Shown here piece by piece: positions 10,811 to 21,966 of a stretch of 64,000 nucleotides of DNA. Numbering within the stretch: position 1 is the stretch's first letter; the number at the start of each line of letters is the position of its first letter. Under the pieces are notes generated by a model. It had not been told where the DNA came from. It did no database searches and worked only from the letters and a program-made list of their open reading frames with translations. This DNA is from Nitrospirota bacterium (GTDB lineage Bacteria; Nitrospirota; UBA9217). Both the position numbers and the translations under genes were made by a program. The DNA lies in the NCBI GenBank assembly GCA_963818475.1, contig CAWFSF010000006.1, forward strand, positions 320,001-384,000, written 5' to 3'.

Positions 10811-11526
10811 TGACGACGAAGCTTAAGCTGGGTGACATCACGGTCGATGTGGTGCTGAAGGACATCAAGAACATCCATCTCAGCGTCAACCCCCCGACAG
10901 GCCGGGTGCGGATTTCCGCGCCATCACGCATGAGCCTCAACACGATCCGGGTGTTCACCATTTCCAAACTCGATTGGATCAGGCAGCAGCAGCGGAAGCT
11001 CCGCGAGCAGGAGCGAGAAACGCCCCGCGAGTATCTGGACCGGGAGAGCCATTATGTCTGGGGAAAACGCTATCTGCTCACGGTGATAGAGCAAGACTCG
11101 ATCCCACGGATTGAACTACGACACAGCAAGATTCTACTGCAGGTACGCCCCGGCTCGGGCGAGGAAAAGAAACAGGCTGTCCTGGAAGAATGGTATAGAG
11201 CGCAGCTCAAAGAAGTTGTTCCGCCTTTGATCGCAAAATGGACACCGCTGATGGGCGTGAAAGTGCGGCGGTTTTTTGTGCAAAGAATGAAAACAAAATG
11301 GGGTAGTTGCAACCCCGCCACCGGAAGCATTCGCCTTAACACGGAATTGACCAAAAAACCACGAGAGTGCCTCGAGTACATTTTGGTGCACGAAATGGTT
11401 CACCTGGTGGTGCCTACGCACAATCCTCGTTTTGTTGCTCTTATGGATCAGTTTATGCCCAAGTGGCAGCACTACCGAGACATTCTTAACCGCCTGCCAG
11501 TTAGACATGAGCATTGGGGATGGTGA
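10810..11526 (+). CDS. YgjP/SprT-like zinc metallopeptidase (DUF45), usual hsdR neighbour
   Basis: MKTKWGSCN, EYILVHEMVHL (HExxH). Confidence 0.88.
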   Translation: MTTKLKLGDITVDVVLKDIKNIHLSVNPPTGRVRISAPSRMSLNTIRVFTISKLDWIRQQQRKLREQERETPREYLDRESHYVWGKRYLLTVIEQDSIPRIELRHSKILLQVRPGSGEEKKQAVLEEWYRAQLKEVVPPLIAKWTPLMGVKVRRFFVQRMKTKWGSCNPATGSIRLNTELTKKPRECLEYILVHEMVHLVVPTHNPRFVALMDQFMPKWQHYRDILNRLPVRHEHWGW

Positions 11527-11571
11527 GCGTATTTTGGGAAATTGGACAAGGTCCAGTTTTATTCATCCCGC

Positions 11572-11629
11572 AGTTTGAAGCGCGGCGATATAAGGCAGGT
11601 TCCGGTACTGCTCCCCAAAATCCATCCCG
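11572..11629 (-). repeat. Second partial copy of hpt 3' end (att-like site 2)
   Basis: GCGATATAAGGCAGGTTCCGGTACT..CCAAAATCCATCCCG shared with the 9290 and 15933 copies. Confidence 0.85.
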
Positions 11630-11674
11630 GGACAACTTTGGGGACGTTGTGTCCGAGGTGTGCTTGTTTTTTTT

Positions 11675-11864
11675 AAGTGGCGTTCCATATTTATGATGAG
11701 ACGACAAGGCCAGCCTCGATATCTTCTGGCTCAAGGATGAATCCCTCGAAGCCTCCGACAACCTTCCCGATCCCGATGTCATTGCACTGGAGATCGTTGA
11801 AGATTTAGAAGCGGCTTTGGAGCAGTTCCGGGAGATTGCGACGGATTTAAATAAGAACAAATGA
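11675..11864 (+). pseudogene. C-terminal fragment of a second type I methyltransferase HsdM
   Basis: Manual translation from 11703: DKASLDIFWLKDESLEASDNLPDPDVIALEIVEDLEAALEQFREIATDL*. Confidence 0.8.
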
Positions 11865-11955
11865 GCTGCGAATCAGTGGAGGGATCATGATTGCAATCAG
11901 GCATGCCCTGGGTGCATCGATACTGGCTGTTGTCGTACTTGCTTTAGCAGGTAGC

Positions 11956-13352
11956 TGACAAGTTTCAGGACATCGGTTACCCGGATGTGTCAAGACATCG
12001 GTTACCCGAAATCCATTTAAATTAGGATGTCAGTTTCCTTAATCAGTTTGATGCTATCATGCTCTCCTAATCTGAATCAAGAAGGAGAGCCTCGATGGAA
12101 GAAGAACTCAGACAGACAGCTATTAGCCGACACATCCAGGGAGGCGAATCACCAAAGGATGTTTATACCAGCCTGAACCGATCCAAGAAGTGGTTCTTCA
12201 AATGGCTGATACGATATCGAACCGGCGCACCCGACTGGTACAAAGAGCAATCTCGCGCTCCCAAAACAAAGCCCTCGGAAATCGACGAGAAGTCGAAAGA
12301 GCGTATTCTTTCGACCAGACAAAACTTGGTGGATGCCCCTTATGCCCAAATTGGCGTTTCCGCCATAAAATGGGAGCTTAAGAAGCAAGGGTTGCCGTTT
12401 CCCTCGGACAGCACGATAAACCGGGTGCTGAAACGCGAAGGGCTCGTTAAAAAAAACAGCCTATGCGCCCAAAGGGGTCGAATACCCGTACTTCACCGAA
12501 GCCTTGGGATGCAACAACATCCACCAGATGGACCTGGTGGGGCCGCGCTACATTAAAGATGACGGCAGATTCTATGCGCTGAATGTCATTGACCTGTTCA
12601 GCCATGAAGTCTACACCGAGGCTCAAAGAACGAAAGAGGATTCCCACGTCTGCCAAGGCCTTTTGCGCTGTTGGAAGACCATGGGCATCCCTGATTACCT
12701 GCAGATGGACAACGCGCTGAACTTCCGGGGCAGCAACCGGTATCCCCGGTCCATGGGGATGGTCATTCGGCTCTGCCTGAGCTACGGCGTCCATCCGGTC
12801 TTCATCCCGATCGGAGAACCATGGCGTAACGGCGTTGTGGAACGTTTCAATGACACCTACGACAAACGGTTCTTTCGTCGGCAATGGTTTTCAAGCTATG
12901 CTGTGCTGAAACAGCAGAACAAGAATTTTCAACGGTTTCACAACAAGCATCACCGATACAGTTGCCTCAAAGGGAAAACGCCTCATGAAATGAAGACTGG
13001 CCCACGGCTTTGCGCCAATAACCGTAAGGTCGAATAGCAAGATGCCGGATCTTAGCTTCATCCCGGATGGAAATGTATCTCTCGTACGATTCATCCGGAG
13101 CAATCGACAGCTTGATATCTTTGGTGAACGTTTCGAGGTATCAAGAGACCTCGTATACTCTTATGTCAGGGCACAGATCGTAACGAATCTACATGCTGTG
13201 CAGCTCTATCTAGGAAATGACATCGTCGATACTTTCGAGTACCGAATGCCGGACGATTTACTACCAGTTGAGCAAACTATCAGACTCGGGTAACCGATGT
13301 CTTGACATATGGGACCATTAGAATCGGGTAACCGATGTCCTGACATTTGACA
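11956..13352 (+). mobile_element. IS481-like insertion sequence, 1397 bp
   Basis: Terminal IRs TGACAAGTTTCAGGACATCGGTTACCCG / CGGGTAACCGATGTCCTGACATTTGACA; subterminal repeated GACATCGGTTACCCG; 6-bp target duplication GGTAGC at 11950-55 and 13353-58. Confidence 0.9.
12095..13293 (+). CDS. DDE (rve) transposase split over three frames
   Basis: HTH N-terminus; HQMDLVG, LQMDN, NGVVERFN catalytic motifs; frame change at A8 run near 12449. Confidence 0.88.
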
Positions 13353-14449
13353 GGTAGCGACACGGCGGCCGAGGAGAAGGAGTTCAACTGGAAGGCGGTA
13401 TGCGACCAGGTAAGGAATCTTCCGCTTCCCACAGAGGACAGGCCTTCACCGGATGAAGCGAAAGCCATTCAGGGCTGTTCTTCGGAAGACATCTATTACG
13501 GCATTACCGGACCGGCTGATCCGGTGAAGGCGCGCAAGTGTGCGTATATCGAGCTGGAACAGGGAGACGAGATGGTCTTCGGGGGTTCATCCAGTCTCAT
13601 GACGATCTATGCAAACGGCAGAGGGGCAAAAAGGAATTACGATCTCGCCATAAAGTTCGCCTGCCTGCAGGAAGGCGCTCCCGCGGAAATGGAAGGACGC
13701 ATACAGAACCTGACCGTGAAAAAGCAGACGGGCTGGAAGGGCGACAATTTCAGCCTCTGCGACGATATCACGAGCGGGTTCATGCAGGGGCATTGCGAGG
13801 CGCACCGCGAACGGTTTAAAGAGGTTGAGCGGAAAAGAAAAACCGAAGCCCTCACGGCGAAGTGGAGCGACGCCGACCGGAAGACGTTCGAGAAGGTGCG
13901 AAAGGCGGCCGATAGCTTTTTCGACCTGAGGTCCGACAGTGAAGTGGATTTGTCGGGAACCGGGAGGGCTGCATTCGAGATAGAGGAAAGGCGAGCTCTT
14001 GAAAACGATTTCGTGGCGATGATCGAATTGCTGGAAAGCGGAAAGTTGCCGATCTTTACGGAAAAGCAGTTCGCGGAGGCCGATAAAAAATTGAATGCCG
14101 TATACAAGAAGATCCAGAAGGCTCCGGACTTTCAAGAAGGTACGGTGACTCAGGAGGACATCAGAAAAACGCAAAGAGCGTGGATCGTCTATCGTGATGC
14201 CTGGGTCGCGTTTTCGACGAGCAAGTATGCAGGCATCGCCGCGGAAAGCATCAAGACACAGCTAACGAGGAAACGAACGAAAATGCTGTCTGAATTTACT
14301 AAATAGTTCGAAGGCGCCGCAAAATCCCATCCTTACCTCGTTCCTCTTCTTGACGAAGAGGGGCAAATGGCAAAGGATATAATTCGCTCCGCGGAGAAAT
14401 TGATGAAAGAACCGGATGATGATCAAAAGATCGAGGAGGGAGCTGCAGT

Positions 14450-15175
14450 ATGCGAACATTTAAATATGATCTGAATCGTTTTGCAGAGCTGAAAAAGACG
14501 ATGTTGAAAGGGACAATACCGATCATGCTCGCTGCGCTTGCGGCAGGACTGTACGTGGGCCTGCATGGCTCACAAACTGAGGCAAGATCCGTCGATATGA
14601 TGCCGATCATTTTACCGGTCGTGGTTCTCGGGGCATTGATTTCACTGGCCATAGGATTGGCCCGGGGTGTCAAGCGGCAGCGAGCCTTGTATGAATCCTA
14701 CCGCCTTTCGATCGATGAAAGCGGCATCACCCGGGAGCAGGCGAATACCCCCTTGATCAGGATCATGAAAAGCGATATTGCCATCATTACCAAAAATGCG
14801 AACAAAAGCTTCACGGTCAAGGGAAAAAACATCCGTGACGTGATCGGCATCGGCGCGCAGATCGAAAATTACGACGAGCTGGAACAGATGCTCCGGCAGA
14901 TCAGGCCATTCGGCGACCATCTGCAGAAGCCACTGCTCGAAAAATACGGCAAACTTGCCGGCCTCGGCACGGTCATCCTGTTCCTTCCCGTGTTTCTCTC
15001 GAATGACAGGGCAGTCGTAACCCCGTGCGCGGTTTCTCTCCTCGGGCTCATGGGCTGGTCGTTTGTCGAAACCCTCCGAAACAAGAACATCGACGCCAGG
15101 ACGAAGCGGAGCATGTATATGATCGTCTTCCCCGTATTCGGCGTTTTGGCGAAACTCGCGTTTATATGGCTGTAA
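14450..15175 (+). CDS. Hypothetical membrane protein
   Basis: 241-aa ORF, several hydrophobic segments, GAGGAGG upstream. Confidence 0.7.
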   Translation: MRTFKYDLNRFAELKKTMLKGTIPIMLAALAAGLYVGLHGSQTEARSVDMMPIILPVVVLGALISLAIGLARGVKRQRALYESYRLSIDESGITREQANTPLIRIMKSDIAIITKNANKSFTVKGKNIRDVIGIGAQIENYDELEQMLRQIRPFGDHLQKPLLEKYGKLAGLGTVILFLPVFLSNDRAVVTPCAVSLLGLMGWSFVETLRNKNIDARTKRSMYMIVFPVFGVLAKLAFIWL

Positions 15176-15325
15176 CATCCGACAGAAAAGTTGTTGCTGA
15201 AACTGCAGCCTTGCAGGCGGTAGGGTCTTTTTTCTTGATATTCCATTGATAAGGGCTCCTATAGACAGGTCTATATATAAGTGCTATAGTAAGACCAGTT
15301 AATAGCACCATTAAGGAGGTCTATT

Positions 15326-15595
15326 GTGAGTACCAAGTTTTCCGAAGACATCGTCCCCCTCAGCGACCTGAAGGTGAATCCCGGCAAAGTGATTTCCCAC
15401 GCGCAAGAGACGCACCGGCCCGTTTTGCTTACGAGCAGGGGCCGCGGGGTTGCCGTGGTCCGATCGCTCAAGGATTATGAGGAAGAGACTGAAGAGCGCG
15501 CCTTTATGCAGGGAGTTGTGAAGGGAATGATGGACCTGGAAGAAGGACGCGAGATCTCGCTCTCCGAGGCGAAAAAACGCCTTGGCCTTAAGTAA
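15326..15595 (+). CDS. Phd/YefM antitoxin
   Basis: PLSDLKVNPGKVI..PVLLTSRGRGVAVV; strong RBS. Confidence 0.9.
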   Translation: MSTKFSEDIVPLSDLKVNPGKVISHAQETHRPVLLTSRGRGVAVVRSLKDYEEETEERAFMQGVVKGMMDLEEGREISLSEAKKRLGLK

Positions 15596-15599
15596 TCCC

Positions 15600-15899
15600 A
15601 TGGCTGAACAGACACGGATAACGTTTGCCGCGTCAGCAATCAAGGATCTTGAGGACATGCAGGCCTATTACTCGGGAGAAGGCGTGCCTGACGCGGGAAA
15701 ACGGCTTACTGCTGAGATTGTCGCCAAGATCGAGCGGCTGGGCGCACACCCGTTGAGCGGCCGTGTCGTACCTGAGTTCAATGTCGAACATCTGCGAGAG
15801 ATCATTTCCCCGCCGTTTCGCATTGTTTATCGGCACGATAAAAATAAAGTTCGTATTGTTCGGATCTGGCGAAGTGAAAGACTTCTGAAACTACCATGA
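15600..15899 (+). CDS. RelE/ParE toxin
   Basis: ITFAASAIKDLEDM, HPLSGRVVPE, PFRIVYR; follows the antitoxin. Confidence 0.9.
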   Translation: MAEQTRITFAASAIKDLEDMQAYYSGEGVPDAGKRLTAEIVAKIERLGAHPLSGRVVPEFNVEHLREIISPPFRIVYRHDKNKVRIVRIWRSERLLKLP

Positions 15900-15908
15900 C
15901 CTCTGCTG

Positions 15909-16439
15909 CTATCGTTCAAAAACTTGAAGCTCGGCGATATAAGGCAGGTTTCGGTACTTCTCTCCAATATCCATCCCGTATCCCACCACGAACAGATCCG
16001 GAATTTCGAATCCCTCGTACGCAATCGGCACCTCGACAGTACGCCGCGGCCTTTTGTCGAGCAGCCCCACGATGGCAAGGCTTGCCGGTTCCTGCTCCGA
16101 AAATCTTTTGTAGAGACATGCCATGGTCTCGCCGGTATCGATGATCGTGTCGATGAGCAGCACGTGTTTGCCCCGGATGTCGGTCGTGATGTCCTTGCTG
16201 ATGACAAGGTTCGTGGAAGAGACCGTGCCTGAACCGTAGCTTGATGCCTGGATGAAGTCAACGAAGACGGGGACGGTGATGCGGCGGACGAGATCGGTGA
16301 AGAAGACCAGCGCACCCTTCAGGATGCAAACCGCAACTACCTCTTTGCCGGCATAATCTCTCGATATCTCCTGTGCCAGCTCTGCTACCCGCTGTTCGAT
16401 CGTTTGTTCGCTGAAGAGTATCCGGTGCGGCGCTTCCAT
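15909..16439 (-). CDS. hpt: Hypoxanthine phosphoribosyltransferase
   Basis: [36 protein letters not shown]. Confidence 0.93.
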   Translation of the reverse strand: MEAPHRILFSEQTIEQRVAELAQEISRDYAGKEVVAVCILKGALVFFTDLVRRITVPVFVDFIQASSYGSGTVSSTNLVISKDITTDIRGKHVLLIDTIIDTGETMACLYKRFSEQEPASLAIVGLLDKRPRRTVEVPIAYEGFEIPDLFVVGYGMDIGEKYRNLPYIAELQVFER

Positions 16440-16523
16440 GACCTTTGCTCCGCTGCTTGAGATGATACGAGAGAAAATGCATTAATCGTCGTCCGTCAAG
16501 GAAAGATCAGTAACAGGTGCCTG

Positions 16524-17058
16524 CTAGTCACCCGGGCGTTTGGTCTCTCTTGGCCCCCAGCCGGCAGGAGTCATGGCGGCGGGTTCTATGATGAACTGCC
16601 ACTCGCTGAACTTGGTCTTTCCCTCGAAGTCTTTCAGCTCTTCGGGAAAATTCGCCTGTTTGATCGGCATCTTTTCGCTTTTGCTGTACACCCCTTTAAT
16701 GGCGTTGCCATGGAGCATATCGCGGACCACTTCGAAATCTTCTCCGGTTATCGGGTCCTTGTACTGCTGACGCAGGTGCCGCTTACCGTTGGGTGATCTT
16801 TCGTCCTTGAGCAGTACGTCGATGGTGTTCGGGAACTGGCGCCTGCCCTGATAGTTATAGTAGCTCTCGATGGCCAGGCGGTACTGGTTGCCTCTGAACA
16901 GCAGCTCTTCCTCTTTTTCGCGTTGAGCAACATTCTGCCACGATTTCGTTGCCGATCCGAGGGTGATGCCGATGATCACAATGGCGGCGAGCAGGGCGAT
17001 GTAGGTGAAGCCGTTGGGATTTCGGATTGCGGATTTCGGATTGCGGAATGCATCGCAT
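16524..17058 (-). CDS. Type II secretion pseudopilin (PulG-like); probable ATG at 17058 with one indel in the leader
   Basis: G/FTYIALL cleavage site, REKEEELLFRG, HLRQQYKDPITG. Confidence 0.8.
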
Positions 17059-17095
17059 GGTGAATCTTGAACTAAGAATATTGAAATTTTCCTGC

Positions 17096-20000
17096 TCATT
17101 CCAAATTTCCCAGATTTACGAACTTGCCGTTGCACTCGTAGAATATCTCCGTGTCCGGCTGGTCATTTTCGGAGCCGTTCGGAGCAAACAGATATTGAAG
17201 GGACTGCTGCTCCTGGTCAACAGTGAGTTCCCGGGTAAGAACGTTGTTCTCGAACCGGCTTCCCTCGCTCTGCCACAGCAGCTTTGCTCCTGCCGGCAGT
17301 GTTTCTACGATCTTTGCGCGCACCGGTCCGGTAGAAGAGGAAAGCGTTGTTTCGCGCGAGGTCCTGTTGCCGGGATCGGTCTTGGGAAGGGCATGCAGCA
17401 CGGAGTTCCTGAGGAGCAGGCCGTAGAGCGGGAGAGGTCCCGGCATCCCGTGCTGAGCGGATAAGGGAGAAGGGCAAGAGCATGATCGTGCCGCCCTCGC
17501 TCCTATCGATCAGGATCGCCGGCTGGTCTGTGCTGTTCAGCGTTGCAGCCGCATGGACACCTTTTTTCTGCGCTTCCAGGACCGGTCCGGTCACCGGGAT
17601 CGTGCCGGACAGGCCGAATCCCGATCCGCTGGCAACGGTCAGCAGGGCAGTGCTTTCGTCCGTCCTGCCCTTCTTGAAGGTGAAGCCGAATGCCTCAGCT
17701 GCTGTTCGTATACCCTCATCGGAACCGATCAGGACGAGCCCCTGACCCTGATGCAGCTGCTCCCGCAGCCAGTCTGGTTGCGGAAGGTTCTCATGCGTCT
17801 CGAACAGGACATAGATGTTAAACAGGTTGCTCATGGCCTGCGCGGCGAAGTCCGCAGCATTCCCCACGACCTTGGCGTAATAGCCATTCTGTCCAAGGGC
17901 TTGTTTCAGGACCTCTTCGGACAGCGCGCGCTCCAGGGTCGAACCTGCAGTACCCTGCCAGACGAGCACCCGCGGGAAGGGGGTGTCCGATCTCAGGACC
18001 GCGAGCGGCCCCTTGACAATCAGCGGGCGCTCGGCCAGCAGCAGGTCCCGGGATATTTTGTGGTCTTGGTTTGCCACTGCGGCCCTGAGTTGGATGGTAT
18101 AGGCTCCCTGAGGAAATTCCACGTTTTCAATGGTCAGCGTGGAGGATTTTTCCGTAAAGGGGAGCTGGCGGGTGAAAAGCGGTTGTGCGTTGTTTGGTCC
18201 TCTGATCTCGATCCTGAGGGTCCCGGTCGATACGGGAATGTTCCCGGTGCTTGCAGCTTTGTACTGGAGCGTGAAGGGACGGCACAGGGCAGCTGCTTCC
18301 GGCGTGTTATCGAGCGTGCCGCTCACGACCAGCGTGGGAAGGATGTTGATGTCAACGGTCCTTGAGGCGAGCAGCGTTTCACGGGAGAGCTGAATTGCGA
18401 GCTTGTAGATCCCGATGGGCAGCGCTGTTGGCCGGAATGAACGGTCGATGCGTTGCTCCTTGTCCGGGGAGAGCTCGTCGATCCTGATCGTGTCAGTGTG
18501 GACAGCCTTGCCGGCCGGGTTCACCATCTGCAGGGTCATGGCAAGGTCCTTATACGAGGCACGCGTAAGGTTCACCGCGGTAAAGGCGATTGCGATATCT
18601 TCATCGGAACTGAAGGAGCTCTTGCCCGGGTAAAGACCGAGCAGCACGTCAGGGACCTGCACTTCAGCAGTGGCATTATTGTTGCCTTCATTCGATTCGG
18701 TTACCGCATCATCAATATCGACAATTGCATAGAGCGTCCGGGCGCCGTTTTTTTTATGCAGCGGCCAATTGATGAGAACTACCTGCTGATCGCCGGGTAT
18801 GAGCTGATGCACGGCGACCCGCTCGACCAGCTTTCCCCCTGCTTCCGGATTGCCGTCATACAGGGCGACGCGGCTTGGACCTGCCGTGCTCTTTCCTTCA
18901 TTCCTTATCCCGATGCCGACGGGGAGGACCGCTCCAGCAGGCTTCGGAGCCTCGATGGTGACCGCAAGGTCGGGCAGGTGTGCGCCATAGACGACAGTGC
19001 GTTCCCTGGCGCTTTCCAGCAGATCATCGGCAAGAATCGCCTGCAGCGTATGCGTACCGGGCGCGATCTCTGTTACGGGGATCCTCTGGACCGCAACGCC
19101 TGCAAGTTCGATCCGGTCTTTCCGTATTCGTTTGTTGTCGAGGAGCAGTTCGAACTTTGTTTTTCCCCTGCCATAGACATAGGCCGAGACGGCGACCGGG
19201 CCCGACGGTTCATAGTAGAGCGGCTGGGCCGTGGCGATGCCCAGGACAGCGGCATTCCCGGCGTCAAAGAGTGCGCGCCCGGCAGCCACAGACACCGGAC
19301 CGCCAGGCAGTCCCGGCCCTTCCGGAAGGCTGGTCAAGAGGCTGTAGTGCAGTTCCCAGATGCCGGCCTGGTCGATCCTGGTCGTGATCGGCAGCACAAC
19401 CTCCTGTAGGCCCGCGGTCAGGGTGAGCGGACTTTCGATGGCCGGCCGCATCTTTCCGTCGGGCCCCCGGAGCAGAAGTTTTGCGATTGCCGGGAGCGGC
19501 GTTGATGCATTGATACGGAGCAGGGCGATCAGGCCGGATGCGCCGGGTTCAGACCGCTTCCGAACGATCGCATCCTGAATGGTCACGGTGTAGCCGCTGA
19601 CGGCCAGCAGCTCCTTGCCCTCACGGGAACTGCCGTCTATGTTTTGGAGGCTCCACAGGAGGGGATAGATGCCTGTGGGCAGGTCCTTGGGCAGGGAGAT
19701 ATCGAAAGCGCCGGTATCAACAACTATCTGGGTGTCAAGTACGCCGGGTCCGGTCAGCGTGAGTTCGCCCTGGCCCACACCGCTGATCAGGGCTTTTATT
19801 TTTTGGCCCGACCGTGCGACGGAGCGGTCAAAGGCCAGGCTTTTGGCGGCCGCGCCGGCGGGGATGCTTCCCCGGGCCAGCGATCTTCCGCTGGAGTGAT
19901 AGATCGTGTAAGCGACCGGGGCAGCGGCATCGCGTGTTGAAAGTTCAAAGGTGAGCTGCGCTTTATCCGCCGTGAGCCGGAACATTTTTTCCTGGCCCGC

Positions 20001-21340
20001 CAGGCGCATGAAAAAGTCCTGGTTCTGCGCGATGCCTGCTGTATCCAAAGCGGTTATCGCCACGGTTGCCGAGAGGCTGCCGGCGGCCTGCTCCCGCAGG
20101 AGTTCAACGCGAAAGGTCAGCGGGAAGGGGAGCATGGGCTGCTTCTGTTTCTGGAGGGGCGCTGCCACCGGGGGCTGGCCAAGGGAGAAGCGGCCTGCGT
20201 CAGCTTCTACTGCTGCGGTGACGACCCTGCCTGCAGCATCGAGCAGCGCATATTCCAGATGGTAGTTGCCGGCAGGCAGATCTGCCGGGATCGTGAAGGA
20301 AAAAGGCAGGCTCAGCGATTTTGCCTGCACGGCCGGGAGCTTTAGGATCTGGTCCGGGGTTGCTGATTTGCCGGGGCCCACGATGGAGATCCTGGCTGCC
20401 GAGGCCTCCACCTGATCTGTACCCTGTATCAGGAGGTTTACAGCCAACTGCTGGCCCGCGGCGACCGGCAAGGTCTCTTCCGGCGCCTTGGACCATGCCA
20501 CGAGGTCACGAAGCAGAACCTTTTCGTCCTGCTCCAGCCGGCCCTGGCCGAAAGAATAGTCCGTAAAGAGGGCCGTGATCACGACCCAGCCCGCTCCCAC
20601 GGGATAAACGATCAGCGTCGGATAGCCGTCGGGGCGGACCAGCACGACCTGTGCCTTTTCGGGCCAGGAGGCCAGGTACCCGCTCGTTTCGATGTCCGGT
20701 ATGCTTTTTTTTGTTCCGCTCAGCATGGGGTGCGAAGACTGGATCGATGAGGCGCGGAAAAACGGATTATTGTCCTGCGCCCAGCCGGCGCCGCTCACCG
20801 GGGCCTTCGACCCCTCAGGTACGGGCAAGGCGGCCAGATCGCCGGCGTTCTGCTGGGCAAAGACGATGATGACGCCGCCTGACCGCACATAGGCATCCAG
20901 GCTTGCCTTGAAGAACTCTGAAGCGGCATGGCCGGACAGGCCGCCTGAGGGGATGATCAGCAACGGTTTGGTATTTTCGAGCCCGGCGACATTGCTGCTG
21001 TCCACCAGGACAGCCGGTTCACCAAGCGCGGAAAGCAGGGCCGGCCAGGATTCGAAGAACCCGCTTTTGAGCACGGCCGCATCCGGGCCGGCAAAGAGCT
21101 CGGCCTCGAGCATATTGCCGCGGAGCCCTTTTTTTGTGCCGGTTCTGAGCACGGCCGCAGGATCGTCGGAATAAGCCGTCGCAGGATCGGTCTGTTGTGC
21201 AAAGGTCTCATTTGCCGGGTTGGTGCCCTGGGGGAACCAGAACCCTTCTCCGCTCCCTTCCTGCGCCAGGGCAGGGATGGAGGCGCAGAGCAGCAGCGCG
21301 GCAAGGATGAGTGGTTTTATTTTTAGAAGGGATGTGGTCA
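17096..21340 (-). CDS. Large secreted protein (~1400 aa) with CARDB/Ig-like domains, frameshift near 17430
   Basis: Signal peptide; PDLAV..IRNEG..VDIDDAVTESNEGNN CARDB signature. Confidence 0.75.
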
Positions 21341-21373
21341 TAAGAGTTAATGAAAAAACGGGTAAATCAAAAA

Positions 21374-21966
21374 AAACCTTCGACACGGAAGAATCGGATT
21401 AACTGCTGGTAAAAGATAAGTTAAAGGGCAAGGGGTTCATACGAAGGACAAACCGTTTTTGCCGTATCCGATGTTATCCGGCTTTTATCCGCCTTTATCC
21501 GTGTCCAAGATCTTTCAGGATTTTCTGTCCAATTATTTTATAAACGTCACCCGGTTGATCTCCTTCAAGTAAAACCTTTGACACGGAAGAATCGGATTAA
21601 CTGCTGGTAAAAGATAAGTTAAAGGGCAAGGGGTTCATACGAAGGACAAACCGTTTTTGCCGTATCCGATGTTATCCGGCTTTTATCCGCCTTTATCCGT
21701 GTCCAAGATCTTTCAGGATTTTCTGTCCAATTATTTTATAAACGTCACCCGGTTGATCTCCTTCAAGTAAAACCTTTGACACGGAAGAATCGGATTAACT
21801 GCTGATAAAGGCGGATACGTCAAGGGGCAAGGGGTTCATACGAAGGACAAACCGTTTTCGCCGTATCCGATGTTATCCGGCTTTTATCCGCCCTTATCCG
21901 TGTCCAAGGCCTTTCAGGATTCTCTGTCCCATTATTCTATAAATGTCACCCGGTTGATCTCCTTCA
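21374..21966. repeat. Tandem repeat, 3 x ~198 bp
   Basis: GACACGGAAGAATCGG at 21382, 21580 and 21778; each unit is a palindromic element plus the last ~36 nt of pilB. Confidence 0.92.

Larger units (their letters stand above)
11887..14306 (+). pseudogene. Secreted LprI/DUF1311-domain protein interrupted by IS
   Basis: Signal peptide MIAIRHALGASILAVVVLALAGS (11887-11955) continues in frame after the IS as DTAAEEK...; ADKKLNAVY, TQRAWIVYRD motifs. Confidence 0.85.

Noticed and set aside
15326-15899. TA pair as a novel system
   Set aside because: Ordinary Phd/YefM-RelE/ParE module, expected at an island edge
21374-21966. Possible CRISPR array
   Set aside because: Whole 198-bp units repeat with no unique spacers, and there are no cas genes
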